Both the position numbers and the translations under genes were made by a program. Below are positions 9,466-19,524 of a DNA stretch of 51,939 nucleotides, piece after piece. The notes beneath the pieces are model-generated. The model was given only the letters and a program-made list of their open reading frames with translations. It did no database searches and was not told where the DNA came from. Position 1 is the stretch's first letter. Each line of letters starts with the position of its first letter. Source of the DNA: a virus (taxonomy: Duplodnaviria > Caudoviricetes); IMG/VR virus record IMGVR_UViG_3300009603_000019, positions 1 through 51,939 of that record; one strand, written 5' to 3'.

Positions 9466-10458
9466 TTATGCGCTGGCGTTAGGTATTTTGCCTCTCGTAT
9501 AAGAAGAAGGCGGGATATAAGGGTTGGTTACATTCTTAAACTTCCTAGAGGTAACCTGTTTCTGTTCCCTATGTCCTAAGAAATCCTCTTTTCGCTGCTC
9601 ATACTTTCGTGCTGCTAACTGCCCTGCCTGACCTTTTCCTACTAGAGGAAGAAGAATGGCTTCTGAGCCATAAATAAGAAGATCGTGAAAACGATTGTCC
9701 AACTCAGGCCAATCATCGTCGTTAATCAATGGCGGCTTCTTCGCCAAGGTGCGGACAATATACGTAATAGCCGCATCTGGAACAGGATATAACTCCCACC
9801 ATTGATAGGATGGAGAATCGCCCCAATAAGGAGGAATGACCGATAATATATTGCTATCTGTATCTTTAACGGTCACCGTCCCAACAAAGGTAACGTTATT
9901 AGTTTGCTGCAAGACCACCCTGCGTATCCCAATACCATTTGCAACAGCATCAAAACTAGAAGTCGAGGTTGCTGGCGTTATTCCAGTAAAAGTGATCTCT
10001 TCTCGCAGATCAACGCCGCTAGACATTCCATGAACAACTGCCTTGTAATTGCTTCCCGCATCCAGTGCCGAAGAGCTTACCACTGACACGGTACCTGCCG
10101 AAGCAGGTTGTTTCTGCACCCCAAAGTAGCCAAAAACATAGGCTTCTGTAGGAGTACCACTGCTACTCGACCCTGCCCGCTCTCTGTCAAAGTCCTGAGA
10201 GGTCTTTAATACCAACTGCCTATCATTGGTATCGTCTTCTATATTCAAGACCTGTTGGACGTAGAGGGGCATACCATATTTGCTGGTGCCAGACACCGTA
10301 GCAAAGGTATACTCTCTACGCTCAAAGTCGGTATCCGTCTCACTGAGAAGCTCTTCGTAGATGAGATTGACGGCACGTTTGGCCATTGTCTCAAACTCAT
10401 CACCAGCCTCCTCAGAGGCCGCTTTATTGAGATAAGATATGATGTCAGAGAATTTCAC
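9466..10458 (-). CDS. Head-tail adaptor protein
   Basis: N-terminal helices, TVSGTSKYGMP, LYPVPDAAITY, PELDNRFHDLLIYG; typical of the phage adaptor family and position. Confidence 0.7.
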   Translation of the reverse strand: MKFSDIISYLNKAASEEAGDEFETMAKRAVNLIYEELLSETDTDFERREYTFATVSGTSKYGMPLYVQQVLNIEDDTNDRQLVLKTSQDFDRERAGSSSSGTPTEAYVFGYFGVQKQPASAGTVSVVSSSALDAGSNYKAVVHGMSSGVDLREEITFTGITPATSTSSFDAVANGIGIRRVVLQQTNNVTFVGTVTVKDTDSNILSVIPPYWGDSPSYQWWELYPVPDAAITYIVRTLAKKPPLINDDDWPELDNRFHDLLIYGSEAILLPLVGKGQAGQLAARKYEQRKEDFLGHREQKQVTSRKFKNVTNPYIPPSSYTRGKIPNASA

Positions 10459-10845
10459 TTAGTAATCACCCTGTTTACGCTTCTGAGATTGACGAGTGCC
10501 ACCACTGGCCTTAGTGCGCCTTTTCTTTTCTGCCTTTCGTTCTTTTTTTATCTCCCTACCAAAAGCTTCTGCCTTTTGAGCCTGTGGGTCTTCAATTCCA
10601 AAAATGATAGCTTGAAGGGGTCTAAATCCTGCTTCCATTGAATGTTTATAAGAGACAACTTGTTTTCGTCTCTCTTCCTTAGTCATTCTAGGTTGCCTTT
10701 GGGCCTTTGGCTGCTTCCTGAAAGTAGATTCAGCCCTTGCCGTTTGCTTCTTAGTAGCCTTCTTCGCAGCCCTCTTTACCTGTGATGTACCCCTTGAAGA
10801 AGACTTACTTTTCTTGTAAAGGCTATGATACCCCTTCTTAGCCAT
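10459..10845 (-). CDS. Highly basic hypothetical protein
   Basis: 128 aa, Lys/Arg-rich, translationally coupled to its neighbours. Confidence 0.7.
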   Translation of the reverse strand: MAKKGYHSLYKKSKSSSRGTSQVKRAAKKATKKQTARAESTFRKQPKAQRQPRMTKEERRKQVVSYKHSMEAGFRPLQAIIFGIEDPQAQKAEAFGREIKKERKAEKKRRTKASGGTRQSQKRKQGDY

Positions 10846-11684
10846 TACTTACCTTTTCTTGGACGTCCACGTTTCGTGGAAGCAGGAGCCGCTTCCTCCA
10901 ATATCCCTTCTTCTACCAACTTCACTACCTCTTTATCCTCAGAAGGTTCTGGTTCTGAAGAAGAGGCCATGATCTGCTCCGTATGCTCCTGCTGAAGCTC
11001 CTTCATATCGACCATAGCCTTAACTTGATCACCCGAATACTGGCTCATCAAAAGCTCTATGGCACCATCTTCAGATAGGACGGGAATCTGACCTGTTTCG
11101 CCAGCCTGACCGTCAAAACGCTCAAACATTGTTTTAAAGACCTTATCCATGCTGGACAACATGCTGCTCTGCTCATCGTTCTTACGCTCTTCATAGGTCT
11201 GGTGAAGCTTCATCCTGCGCTCTGGACCATCTGTAAGCTTTGCTGAAGCAAGTCTGAACTCCCATCTCTTAAACATGGGATAACTAGCCCCCATCGCTTC
11301 CTCTTCAAGCTCCTGCTGCTCTTCCGTCAACATACGCCCCGACCTTGTATCTATAGCCACTTCTCCATTAGGCGTACCCTCAAACCTGAGAATGATACCA
11401 TCATCTTCCTGTATATTGCGATTCTCTGATGCATTATTGAGATTATCGCCATAGACATTCACTCTATTACTGACAATCGTCTCCTCTGTCCATGTGCTGT
11501 GATGAATGACATCGGTGACGCTTGGGTCTGTCCCTTCAAACTTTCTGTATACCACTGTATTTTTATCAGCATCAGAAAGAGGAAGCTCTATTCCATTAGC
11601 TAGCTTCTCCTCACCATGCTCCAATTTTTCTTGAAGCGCAGCAGTAAGATTTGTATCAAGGACAACGGATGGTTTGCGATTCAT
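10845..11684 (-). CDS. Acidic hypothetical protein with C-terminal KRGRPRK (AT-hook-like) tail
   Basis: 279 aa; AAGGAG RBS. Confidence 0.75.
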   Translation of the reverse strand: MNRKPSVVLDTNLTAALQEKLEHGEEKLANGIELPLSDADKNTVVYRKFEGTDPSVTDVIHHSTWTEETIVSNRVNVYGDNLNNASENRNIQEDDGIILRFEGTPNGEVAIDTRSGRMLTEEQQELEEEAMGASYPMFKRWEFRLASAKLTDGPERRMKLHQTYEERKNDEQSSMLSSMDKVFKTMFERFDGQAGETGQIPVLSEDGAIELLMSQYSGDQVKAMVDMKELQQEHTEQIMASSSEPEPSEDKEVVKLVEEGILEEAAPASTKRGRPRKGK

Positions 11685-11694
11685 AACATTCTCC

Positions 11695-12012
11695 TTATAT
11701 AGTGAATCCGCTTATATTGACTTGGCAATCAGCACTTGACGAAGCTATGTTGCCAGTTACTGCCTCCCCCGGTGTACTTGCTACATTATTAACATTAAAT
11801 GAAAACGAAAACCCCTCTACCGACAAATCGATCTTACTTTGCCAAATAATAGTTGACGCACTCTTAATGGTAATAATAGAATCTGCATCTATATGGCCAG
11901 AAATAGAGGATACAAAATGCTGACTGCCCGTTATAGCAGCCTTGCTGGCCGAAGCACCAGAATCGGTTCCAGCCGCTGTTGCAGACCAAGGACTCGCCTG
12001 TGAAAAATCCAT
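11695..12012 (-). CDS. Small Ser/Ala-rich beta-type protein, probably a virion component
   Basis: 105 aa; AGGAG RBS; composition. Confidence 0.65.
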   Translation of the reverse strand: MDFSQASPWSATAAGTDSGASASKAAITGSQHFVSSISGHIDADSIITIKSASTIIWQSKIDLSVEGFSFSFNVNNVASTPGEAVTGNIASSSADCQVNISGFTI

Positions 12013-12021
12013 TATACTCTC

Positions 12022-12969
12022 CTATGCCGATAGCTTAATACCAGCATTTGTAATGATTTTATTCATACGAAGTTCATATGTATGAAACTTACGACACTTC
12101 TCATGTCCAGATTTAGCAATGGATTCTCTCTCTACTGGATTATCCAATGCCCATTGAATCTTATCTTTCATTTCGGCCTTATTCGTATAGCCTAAAAAGT
12201 CTTTTCCCTCCTCAAATCCAAGCTCTTCTATTCCGTCTACCGTAGTATTTGTCAACAAGCATGTTCCAGTAGATAAGATCTCAAAAAATCGCATATTCAA
12301 ATCATTTTTAATGCTGACATTAAACCCTACTCTAGACCGTATGTAACGTACGGACATGTCTTCAAAGAAACAACTAAAAGAAAACCAGCTATTGGGAAAC
12401 TCCTTGAACAAAGAATCCAAATAATCAATTCTGTTATTTTGATCTTCTTCGTAGTCTCTCATAAAATGACCTACAAAAGAAACGTCCCATTCTTTTTGTA
12501 ATGTCCACGTCCCCAAATGTGATTCTTTGTTTGGGTGAACCATCATTTCACTGAGGCTTGGATGGGCCATAGTATTACAAGCCAATGGCAACCATGTAGC
12601 TGATTCTATACCATCTGCCCTCATTCGCTCTGCACCCTCTTTTTGAGCGCAATAAACGTACTTGAATTGTTTGGCCTTTTCCTTTCTAAAGTCATACCCC
12701 ATATGCGTATCAATAGAATAGTAGGCACTATTTTCGGGAGCGGTCCAATTCAAGTCATCTCTGCCATCATCTATATGAATATAAAACTCAGCAGGAGGCA
12801 ATTTTTTTGAATCATCATCTGGTGGTCTATACCTGCATACGCCCTCTCCCCACCCCAATTGATATTTCACAGCATTAAAGCATAGGGTGGGAGTCCCATT
12901 ATTTCTTATATCACTATTATAAACAAAAGCTAAGCGAGGATGTCCTTCAATTGCTTGTATGCTTTTCAT
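12022..12969 (-). CDS. Glycosyltransferase, GT-B, CgeB/Glyco_trans_1_2-like
   Basis: WLPLAC, DVSFVG, DLNMRFFEILSTGTCLLT, IAKSGHE...HTYELR. Confidence 0.88.
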   Translation of the reverse strand: MKSIQAIEGHPRLAFVYNSDIRNNGTPTLCFNAVKYQLGWGEGVCRYRPPDDDSKKLPPAEFYIHIDDGRDDLNWTAPENSAYYSIDTHMGYDFRKEKAKQFKYVYCAQKEGAERMRADGIESATWLPLACNTMAHPSLSEMMVHPNKESHLGTWTLQKEWDVSFVGHFMRDYEEDQNNRIDYLDSLFKEFPNSWFSFSCFFEDMSVRYIRSRVGFNVSIKNDLNMRFFEILSTGTCLLTNTTVDGIEELGFEEGKDFLGYTNKAEMKDKIQWALDNPVERESIAKSGHEKCRKFHTYELRMNKIITNAGIKLSA

Positions 12970-13750
12970 ACAAATCCTCTTGGTGGCTAAGTCCTTTTTT
13001 CAACCTATAATTTTTCCACGTATGTCCCGTACAAGTCACCCATTTCTTTAGTCCATGCTTTTTAATAATTGCATTGTTAGTTATCTCTTGATGTATGCCA
13101 GAATCCCAATAGCCCTCAAAAACTCGCTTCCCTGTCTGCTGTCCTATATGATGCAAGTATGATGTCCTATTGGCGATTAATTTAAGACCTCGATCACGCA
13201 ATCGTATCGACAAGTCCAGATCGTCTCCTCCCGGCAAAGCCTCGTCCAATCCCCCTATTTCACGAAAAAGTTTTGTCTTTACAACCAAACACATTCCTAT
13301 TAAACAAGTAGTTTCTACTATAGATGGTGTTTCTACGTTGAAAAGATTTTGATTTCCCGATACAAAATTACTACATGGACCCACTGCGCCCACTAAGGGA
13401 TCTTCAAATACATCTATCAAATTCTTCCAAAAGTCTTTTGATTCTGGTATAAAGACTGTGTCGTCATTCATCATACAAAAATATTCTGACTGCGCTGCGT
13501 GAATATGATGAAGACCTATATTGATAGACCCCATCCACTTTAAATTCGATCCCGGTTGGACTATCGTTATTGCATCTTCTGGCAAATCCTGTATGATATT
13601 TTGAATGCTCTTATAGGATTCTATGGCCGACTCATTATCGATCACCAAGATTTTATAATTGTAATCGGTATGTTCAAATAAAGAGTGAAGACACCAATCC
13701 AATTGTTGGTGATTATTATACGTGGGTATGCATATAGATAGAAATGCCAT
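12947..13750 (-). CDS. Glycosyltransferase family 2 (GT-A)
   Basis: SICIPTYN, VIDN, MNDD, VGAVGP, GGLDE...DDLDLSIRL, YLHH. Confidence 0.92.
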   Translation of the reverse strand: MAFLSICIPTYNNHQQLDWCLHSLFEHTDYNYKILVIDNESAIESYKSIQNIIQDLPEDAITIVQPGSNLKWMGSINIGLHHIHAAQSEYFCMMNDDTVFIPESKDFWKNLIDVFEDPLVGAVGPCSNFVSGNQNLFNVETPSIVETTCLIGMCLVVKTKLFREIGGLDEALPGGDDLDLSIRLRDRGLKLIANRTSYLHHIGQQTGKRVFEGYWDSGIHQEITNNAIIKKHGLKKWVTCTGHTWKNYRLKKGLSHQEDLYEKHTSN

Positions 13751-14592
13751 TACCTTTCAAGAGCCTCTATAAGATTGAAGGTCATTGCATCATTAGGCCA
13801 ATTGGATGTGTATAATTCTTTATTATGCTTTATATACTCTTCGTAATAGGATTCTGATACAAAATCAACATCCCACCTCTTATGTGATGTCTTTATTGAA
13901 GTATCAATATATCGTGGGATACCAAACTCATGGCATCTAGTGCAGAAATGAAAATCTTCCCCACATCCAGTAGAATAGAACCACGGTTGGGGGATCTGCT
14001 TAAATATATTCATATCCAATAGTATGACGCTAGCTCCAAAAGCTATTGCTCCTCCCACATCTACATTGGTTATCAACTTATTTTTGGGATAATCAAATAC
14101 TATATCCGATGTAAAAACAGGTTCATTATTAGTGCCTGTTTTTTCTATTATTTTCATTATTACTGGATAAAATGGAGGTCGTGCCGTAAAAGCTAATGCC
14201 CCCACCATAGGCAAATTATGCCTCCAAAGATTTAGAAATGTAGAATACTCAAATTTCATATCGGCATCCCACATAAACAAATAATCTGCATCCCATGATA
14301 GGGCTTGCTCTACAATCATATCCCTAGCCTTACCAACCAATGACGTTTGCGAATAATCAACTAGGGCAATATCCAACTTCCCCATTCGATCATAATCCTC
14401 TATGGTTGGATCTGCATTGGGGTGCAGTGACGGAAGAGAGGGCAGTAAGGCATCGAACTTATCTTTTCCTAGGGAATTTCTGGAAATAGTTCTCTCCCTC
14501 AATTGGCCAAAGTACATAAACATATCTTGATACAAGGCAAAGGTTTTTACATCTGGCCCATCGTACCAAGGCATTCCTATGGCCAACTTCAT
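13750..14592 (-). CDS. GT-A fold glycosyltransferase-like protein
   Basis: ARDMIVEQAL, YLFMWDADM (DxD), PWF, GEDFHFC. Confidence 0.8.
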   Translation of the reverse strand: MKLAIGMPWYDGPDVKTFALYQDMFMYFGQLRERTISRNSLGKDKFDALLPSLPSLHPNADPTIEDYDRMGKLDIALVDYSQTSLVGKARDMIVEQALSWDADYLFMWDADMKFEYSTFLNLWRHNLPMVGALAFTARPPFYPVIMKIIEKTGTNNEPVFTSDIVFDYPKNKLITNVDVGGAIAFGASVILLDMNIFKQIPQPWFYSTGCGEDFHFCTRCHEFGIPRYIDTSIKTSHKRWDVDFVSESYYEEYIKHNKELYTSNWPNDAMTFNLIEALER

Positions 14593-14786
14593 TTTATAAG
14601 ACCTAATTTCATTTTAATAAATTCGAAATAGGTACCGCCCGTAGCAGGACTATACCTATGTCCATCGTGAGATTTTAAGACATCTTGCGGCGAATCTTCC
14701 CAAAAAAGCTTACTACAATCACATCTCATCAAAGTACGAGCCGTAGACTCATTCTTGGATAACATTGATTTGATAATATTAATCAT
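14589..14786 (-). CDS. Small hypothetical protein (CxC ... HxxH)
   Basis: 65 aa; 4-nt overlap with the next gene. Confidence 0.6.
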   Translation of the reverse strand: MINIIKSMLSKNESTARTLMRCDCSKLFWEDSPQDVLKSHDGHRYSPATGGTYFEFIKMKLGLIK

Positions 14787-14787
14787 A

Positions 14788-14825
14788 TAAAAATTAGGGG
14801 AGGGAGGTCGTTCCTCCCCTCCCCC
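14788..14825 (-). terminator. Intrinsic terminator after the capsid/decoration genes
   Basis: GC stem ggggagggagg / cctcccctcccc followed on the minus strand by TAATTTTT. Confidence 0.65.
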
Positions 14826-14833
14826 AATCTATT

Positions 14834-15301
14834 CTACAGGTTGCGAATAAATACGTGATTGGCATGACCAGTGGCATTTAACTGCATCGTGGCAGCAACA
14901 ACGGTATCCAATACAACTACAGGACCGTTTGTATCGCCATATCCGATTGAAGTCAAGCCCAATGACGCTATGGTCACAGGTGGACCCCAACAAGTTCCAC
15001 AATGCTCTACTCCAGCACTGCCCCTACCAGCTACTTGGCACGAAGCCTTATAGCCGTATACCTGCACTCTGCCTACTGCGTTGTTTACAATATCCTCATC
15101 CGCAAGACCAATAAATGACCCTGCACTGGTAATCGTCCTCTTAATGGACGTTACGTTGTTATTGCTCCCAACGCTAGCCAGATTCTGTGCAGCCGTAAAA
15201 GCAAACACAGGTTGATTATTGGTGCATGTCTGACCACCGACATTCGTAACATTCACGAACACCTTTTCAGCGTCAGACCGATTGACTGTCTGTAGCTGCA
15301 T
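14834..15301 (-). CDS. Capsid decoration/cement-like protein
   Basis: 155 aa; GLADEDI...GRVQVYG pattern; downstream of the capsid gene; GAGGAG RBS. Confidence 0.6.
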   Translation of the reverse strand: MQLQTVNRSDAEKVFVNVTNVGGQTCTNNQPVFAFTAAQNLASVGSNNNVTSIKRTITSAGSFIGLADEDIVNNAVGRVQVYGYKASCQVAGRGSAGVEHCGTCWGPPVTIASLGLTSIGYGDTNGPVVVLDTVVAATMQLNATGHANHVFIRNL

Positions 15302-15329
15302 GATTAGTTCTCCTCAAATAACTTTTGAA

Positions 15330-15623
15330 TTAAAAAGGTCCACCACTTACAACTGCCGTGAAGATGACTTCGCAGGCAGATGACGCTTCAATCAATACGG
15401 TTCCATTTACCGTATCCAGTGAAGTGTTTGTATTTATTACCACCAGTGGATCAGTTGTAAGTTCTTCTTGCGCCGCCACTTGACATGCTAAAATAAAACC
15501 AGTTGAAGAAGGCAATAGTGTCATGTGATTTTTATTCGCATCGGGAATGGTAATCGTTCCCGTAATCACTGCATTCTCGCCCACTGGACCATATGAAGAT
15601 GTAGAATGCGTTAAAGCTGCCAT
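15330..15623 (-). CDS. Small virion protein downstream of the capsid gene
   Basis: 97 aa; AAGGAG RBS. Confidence 0.65.
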   Translation of the reverse strand: MAALTHSTSSYGPVGENAVITGTITIPDANKNHMTLLPSSTGFILACQVAAQEELTTDPLVVINTNTSLDTVNGTVLIEASSACEVIFTAVVSGGPF

Positions 15624-15655
15624 TTTGGTATCTCCTTAAGCCTTATCTGCCTAGT

Positions 15656-16654
15656 TTAGGTAATACCAGTAAGCTTACCAAGCTTACGACGATTGTTGAC
15701 AGCAATATTGCCCTGAAAAAGAATCTGGGCAACCAACGCATCCTGATCGATGGGCTTCTGAAAACCCTCATCAGTCATCGCCATATTAGCCTTCGCGTGA
15801 ACGAAAAGCATGATATGCGAACCATTAAGCATGTACATGTTGCCCGAACCGCAAAAATTGTCCATGACAACCGTAGCACCCTTGAACAGCAGCTTCTCAA
15901 CGCCAGCATCTGCACCACCCGAAGGGTTGGGTTCATAGCGTACGCGAGGAGCAATCAACGCCTCAAACGATTCGTGAACCGTCTGAGTAGTGACGATGTA
16001 ATCGGGCGAAGTATTAGAACCCGATTTCCCTTCACCGCAGTCATTCCATACCGTCCGCATATTAGAAATGAGATTAGTAGCGGCTGCTCCAACACTGCTT
16101 TGAATCTGACTGCGCCACGAAGTGTTATCTTTCTGATTGATGTCAGCATAGGTCGTATCAGAAGTCGGATCATCTGGACATGCTGCTTCCAAACCCGTCA
16201 TCTGCTTATTGCTGGAACCCGTTCCATCAGAGAAAACACCAGTAGCAATACCGTCCACCAAACTAAGTTCGGCCTGACGGGATTTTTCCTTCATAATGTC
16301 AGCAATCTGTGTCGGACCCATGTTCTGACGAACGGTAAGACCGTCAATAGCGATGCTGACTGCGGCTTGCTTCCACTGATACCATGCCGTGGTAAAGCCG
16401 ATTGAAGGAGTGATATTAAGAGTATCCAACTGCGAATACCACTTAAATGTACCATTCGTACCCGTCATCACAGGAATGCGAATACGTTCGCCTCCCTGCA
16501 ATACCTTGATACGATTTCCAGAATTGAACCAATCCAGCGTGGGATTGGCCTGATAAACATTGTCCTGTATTGCTCCCGATGAAAGGATCTCATCCAAGGT
16601 CATCGTGAGCAACGGACCATATGTTCTACTTAGGCTACTTTCTCCCGTTGCCAT
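15656..16654 (-). CDS. Major capsid protein (HK97 fold)
   Basis: 332 aa; IQDNVYQANP, GGERIRIPV, FSDGTG, GL, LLFKGATVVMD, NRRKLGKLTG; follows the scaffold gene. Confidence 0.88.
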   Translation of the reverse strand: MATGESSLSRTYGPLLTMTLDEILSSGAIQDNVYQANPTLDWFNSGNRIKVLQGGERIRIPVMTGTNGTFKWYSQLDTLNITPSIGFTTAWYQWKQAAVSIAIDGLTVRQNMGPTQIADIMKEKSRQAELSLVDGIATGVFSDGTGSSNKQMTGLEAACPDDPTSDTTYADINQKDNTSWRSQIQSSVGAAATNLISNMRTVWNDCGEGKSGSNTSPDYIVTTQTVHESFEALIAPRVRYEPNPSGGADAGVEKLLFKGATVVMDNFCGSGNMYMLNGSHIMLFVHAKANMAMTDEGFQKPIDQDALVAQILFQGNIAVNNRRKLGKLTGIT

Positions 16655-16674
16655 TAGAAAGCTCCATCAAATAT

Positions 16675-17592
16675 TTATTGACCCAAGGCACGAAACGCTT
16701 TTAATACGGCACGTTCTGTAACCGTATCCAAGCTGTCTCCTTCCCTATAGATCGATTGATTGTCAGGCGCACGATGTGACGACTGGTCTATAGTCCTCGC
16801 ATTGGCCGCACGAGCCACGCGATTCGATATGCCACCCCGTCCTTCCGTAGCACCACGATTATATGCATCTTCAAGAAGATTATCGAAATGATAGATTTTG
16901 TACAGTTGCGTCGGTGTGATTCCTTTGTCTTTGGAAAGCATATCCGAGTACAACTCACGAACTCCATCATATATGTCGGGGTTCCATACAAACTCTCCCC
17001 CCTCCATATGGCCAAAGTTATCTCCCCACGCATCGACACCCTCATTAATGGTATCTACCGTGTATTGATAGGCTTCACGATCCACTTCCTGATCTTCAAG
17101 ATCTTGGCGAGACACATACCCCATCTCATCCAATAAAGCTTGAAATGCTTCTTGCTGCTGCTTGGGAATACGATTCACTAATGCCCTACGACGCTCCGTA
17201 TCTGCATCAACCTGTTCGGGCTGATCTTCCGTCAATGCTTGCTCTAAATCATTCAATCTACCTTCAAGGTTATTATTCGATTGACCCTGTTGGGAGATCG
17301 TGCGTTGCATCTCACGAAAAGCTTGTGCGCCACCGGGGATATTATGAGCGTTATCCTCCAAGTATTGAAGCACTTGGTCCCTGCCAGCAGATTTCTCCCC
17401 CGTAGTATCGGAATTGGAGTTTCCATTAGAAGCCGCATCCGATCTGGGGTTAGTGGCAGACGCGGTTGCTCCCCCGCGTCGAGCATCCATAGCCGTATCG
17501 ATCTCACTTAACCGTTGGGACGCCTCCATCTGCTGTAAAGCATCAGCAGGGTTATCCATGGCTGGATCTATCGGTATAGTTGCCTCAGTCAT
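16675..17592 (-). CDS. Capsid scaffolding protein
   Basis: 305 aa, acidic and helical, directly upstream of the capsid gene. Confidence 0.65.
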   Translation of the reverse strand: MTEATIPIDPAMDNPADALQQMEASQRLSEIDTAMDARRGGATASATNPRSDAASNGNSNSDTTGEKSAGRDQVLQYLEDNAHNIPGGAQAFREMQRTISQQGQSNNNLEGRLNDLEQALTEDQPEQVDADTERRRALVNRIPKQQQEAFQALLDEMGYVSRQDLEDQEVDREAYQYTVDTINEGVDAWGDNFGHMEGGEFVWNPDIYDGVRELYSDMLSKDKGITPTQLYKIYHFDNLLEDAYNRGATEGRGGISNRVARAANARTIDQSSHRAPDNQSIYREGDSLDTVTERAVLKAFRALGQ

Positions 17593-17603
17593 TATACATC
17601 TCC

Positions 17604-18011
17604 TTATCCATCATCATAGGTAAAAGAATCTTTAGCCTTCTCCATCACATCTTTTTTGCGATGGATGTCGTCGATCTTTTTACCCCGTAGCTTGGATGAA
17701 GGGCGAATAGCAGTGGGATTACCCGAATCCCAATTACGCCCTCCATGCTTCCTATCTCCCGACTCATGCACATTAAGTGCATTCATCACATCTTTCTTCT
17801 GCCTACGTCCAGTAATGTCGCAATCTAAGGACTCATCATAATATTCCTCAAAAGGCACAAAACTTTTGAGGGCATTCATGGGAAACATACGCTCTGTTTC
17901 CTCGCCACAATCCTTGCACGTATGGCTACGCTCTTCAAATAAAGCGAACCTCTCCTCTACCTTTTCACAGGCCTTGCACTTAAAATCATATAATTTTTGA
18001 CCTTGTTTCAT
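17604..18011 (-). CDS. FmdB-like zinc-ribbon protein
   Basis: YDFKCKAC...TCKDCG; a common phage gene between portal and scaffold. Confidence 0.75.
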   Translation of the reverse strand: MKQGQKLYDFKCKACEKVEERFALFEERSHTCKDCGEETERMFPMNALKSFVPFEEYYDESLDCDITGRRQKKDVMNALNVHESGDRKHGGRNWDSGNPTAIRPSSKLRGKKIDDIHRKKDVMEKAKDSFTYDDG

Positions 18012-19384
18012 TATCTACGAGCGCGTCTTCCTTGCGTTTGTCCAGCCAAAATACTTCTAAATTGCTGACCGTAGTCTTTCAATATTCTATTTACTATCAC
18101 TTGCGGTAGCTTTTGCGCTCCAGAACCTCCCACGGTAGTCTCTAGCTGTCCTTGGCCGGGACGAACCCTAGGTCCACCTTCTGCTCTGTCAGCTTGAGAC
18201 GTAAGGTCGGCGTGTATTTTTGACAACTCCTGCTTTGAAGCCCTATCTCCTCCTTGGGCCTTTTGAAGTAGGGTATCTATTTGATCCCGCACCTGCTTTT
18301 CCTCTACATTAAACCTAGCCTGTCCACCACCATATTGATCACCCGCAGCATACATCTTTTCATCCTTACCCCTTGCTCCTATGGCCCCAGCCCTTTGCGC
18401 CCCTGCTTCCATCGTGCCTTGTAATCTTGCTGCGGCAGGACTATATCCCCCTCCCGCTACTCCTCCAGACTTCTGAAAATCACCAAAACCCATGGCCCTT
18501 GATCTACCTACTCCACCTAATGCCGCTGGCAAACGAGCCTGATCAAGGGTTAATGGCGGTTGCGGAGCAGCCTGAGGGGGTCTTTGGGGTGCCGACTGCG
18601 TTGGCCTAGAACCCTCCTGTCCTGCTGAACCTCTCTGTGGTCCCGATCTTGGTCCTTGTTGTATAGGAGGTTGACCCGCAGGAGGCATTGCACCAGAAAA
18701 CCCCGCCGATTCCATTAACTTCTTACGCTGAGCAGCCGTTACCGCACCTCCTGTGGCCACAGGAGGTCTTTGGAAGTCTCTACCTTGTCTTGGATCAACA
18801 CTTGGTCCCCCTTGGGCTACCTCACCACCGCGACGTAACCCTGCTGCTGCTGGGGCCGTAGGTGAAGCAGTTAAAGGTTGCGTTAAGGGTGACGTTGGCT
18901 GCATAAGACCTACACTAGGCTTTGCAACCTCAGGTGCTGGCTGTCTCCGTTGGACGTTTCTACCCTCTATGCCACCTCTTCCAGAAGCCAGCCAACTGCC
19001 AGCCCTACCTGCCAGCCCTTTCAATCGATCTAGTCTACTTTTGGCTTGTGGGGCTGCTATACCCGCCTCTTCCCTCGCCTGTTTGCCTAACCCCCTCCTG
19101 AAAGCTTCATTGGTAGAAGCCCGCACATCCTCTCTACTCCGAATCCCCTCTGGTCCTCCTCGCAAAGACCACTTATTATCAAATTGTGAAGCAGGAGCTT
19201 CCGTCCCTACGCTCATATCCCCTTGCAAGCCACCCGCCCCCTGCTTCCTTTCTGCTACAAATCCTCTGATTTCATCAGCTAGAGGACCGCCACTAAGCCC
19301 CTTTAGAAACTCTTCCAACTTGTCTAGGTCGCTTTTCTTCGACTTACTCGACTTACTCGCCTTACGTTGTTGTCTGGTAGCCAT
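18011..19384 (-). CDS. Low-complexity G/A/Q/P/R-rich hypothetical protein
   Basis: 457 aa open frame coupled to its neighbours. Confidence 0.75.
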   Translation of the reverse strand: MATRQQRKASKSSKSKKSDLDKLEEFLKGLSGGPLADEIRGFVAERKQGAGGLQGDMSVGTEAPASQFDNKWSLRGGPEGIRSREDVRASTNEAFRRGLGKQAREEAGIAAPQAKSRLDRLKGLAGRAGSWLASGRGGIEGRNVQRRQPAPEVAKPSVGLMQPTSPLTQPLTASPTAPAAAGLRRGGEVAQGGPSVDPRQGRDFQRPPVATGGAVTAAQRKKLMESAGFSGAMPPAGQPPIQQGPRSGPQRGSAGQEGSRPTQSAPQRPPQAAPQPPLTLDQARLPAALGGVGRSRAMGFGDFQKSGGVAGGGYSPAAARLQGTMEAGAQRAGAIGARGKDEKMYAAGDQYGGGQARFNVEEKQVRDQIDTLLQKAQGGDRASKQELSKIHADLTSQADRAEGGPRVRPGQGQLETTVGGSGAQKLPQVIVNRILKDYGQQFRSILAGQTQGRRARR

Positions 19385-19393
19385 GATATACCC

Positions 19394-19522
19394 CTAGTAT
19401 TTGCGCTTGGATTTGGGCTTGGAAGATTTGGTTACTTTCTTCTTTTTCTTCTTAGCGTATGCTTTGGCCTGTGCCATCCCCTTAGAGGAATAGGCAAAAT
19501 GCTTTGATCCTACTTTTGGCAT
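19394..19522 (-). CDS. Small basic protein (42 aa), paralog of 3843..3980
   Basis: MPKVGSKHFAYSSKGMAQAKAYAKKKKKKVTKSSKPKSKRKY; fills the gap after the portal exactly. Confidence 0.78.
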   Translation of the reverse strand: MPKVGSKHFAYSSKGMAQAKAYAKKKKKKVTKSSKPKSKRKY

Positions 19523-19524
19523 AA

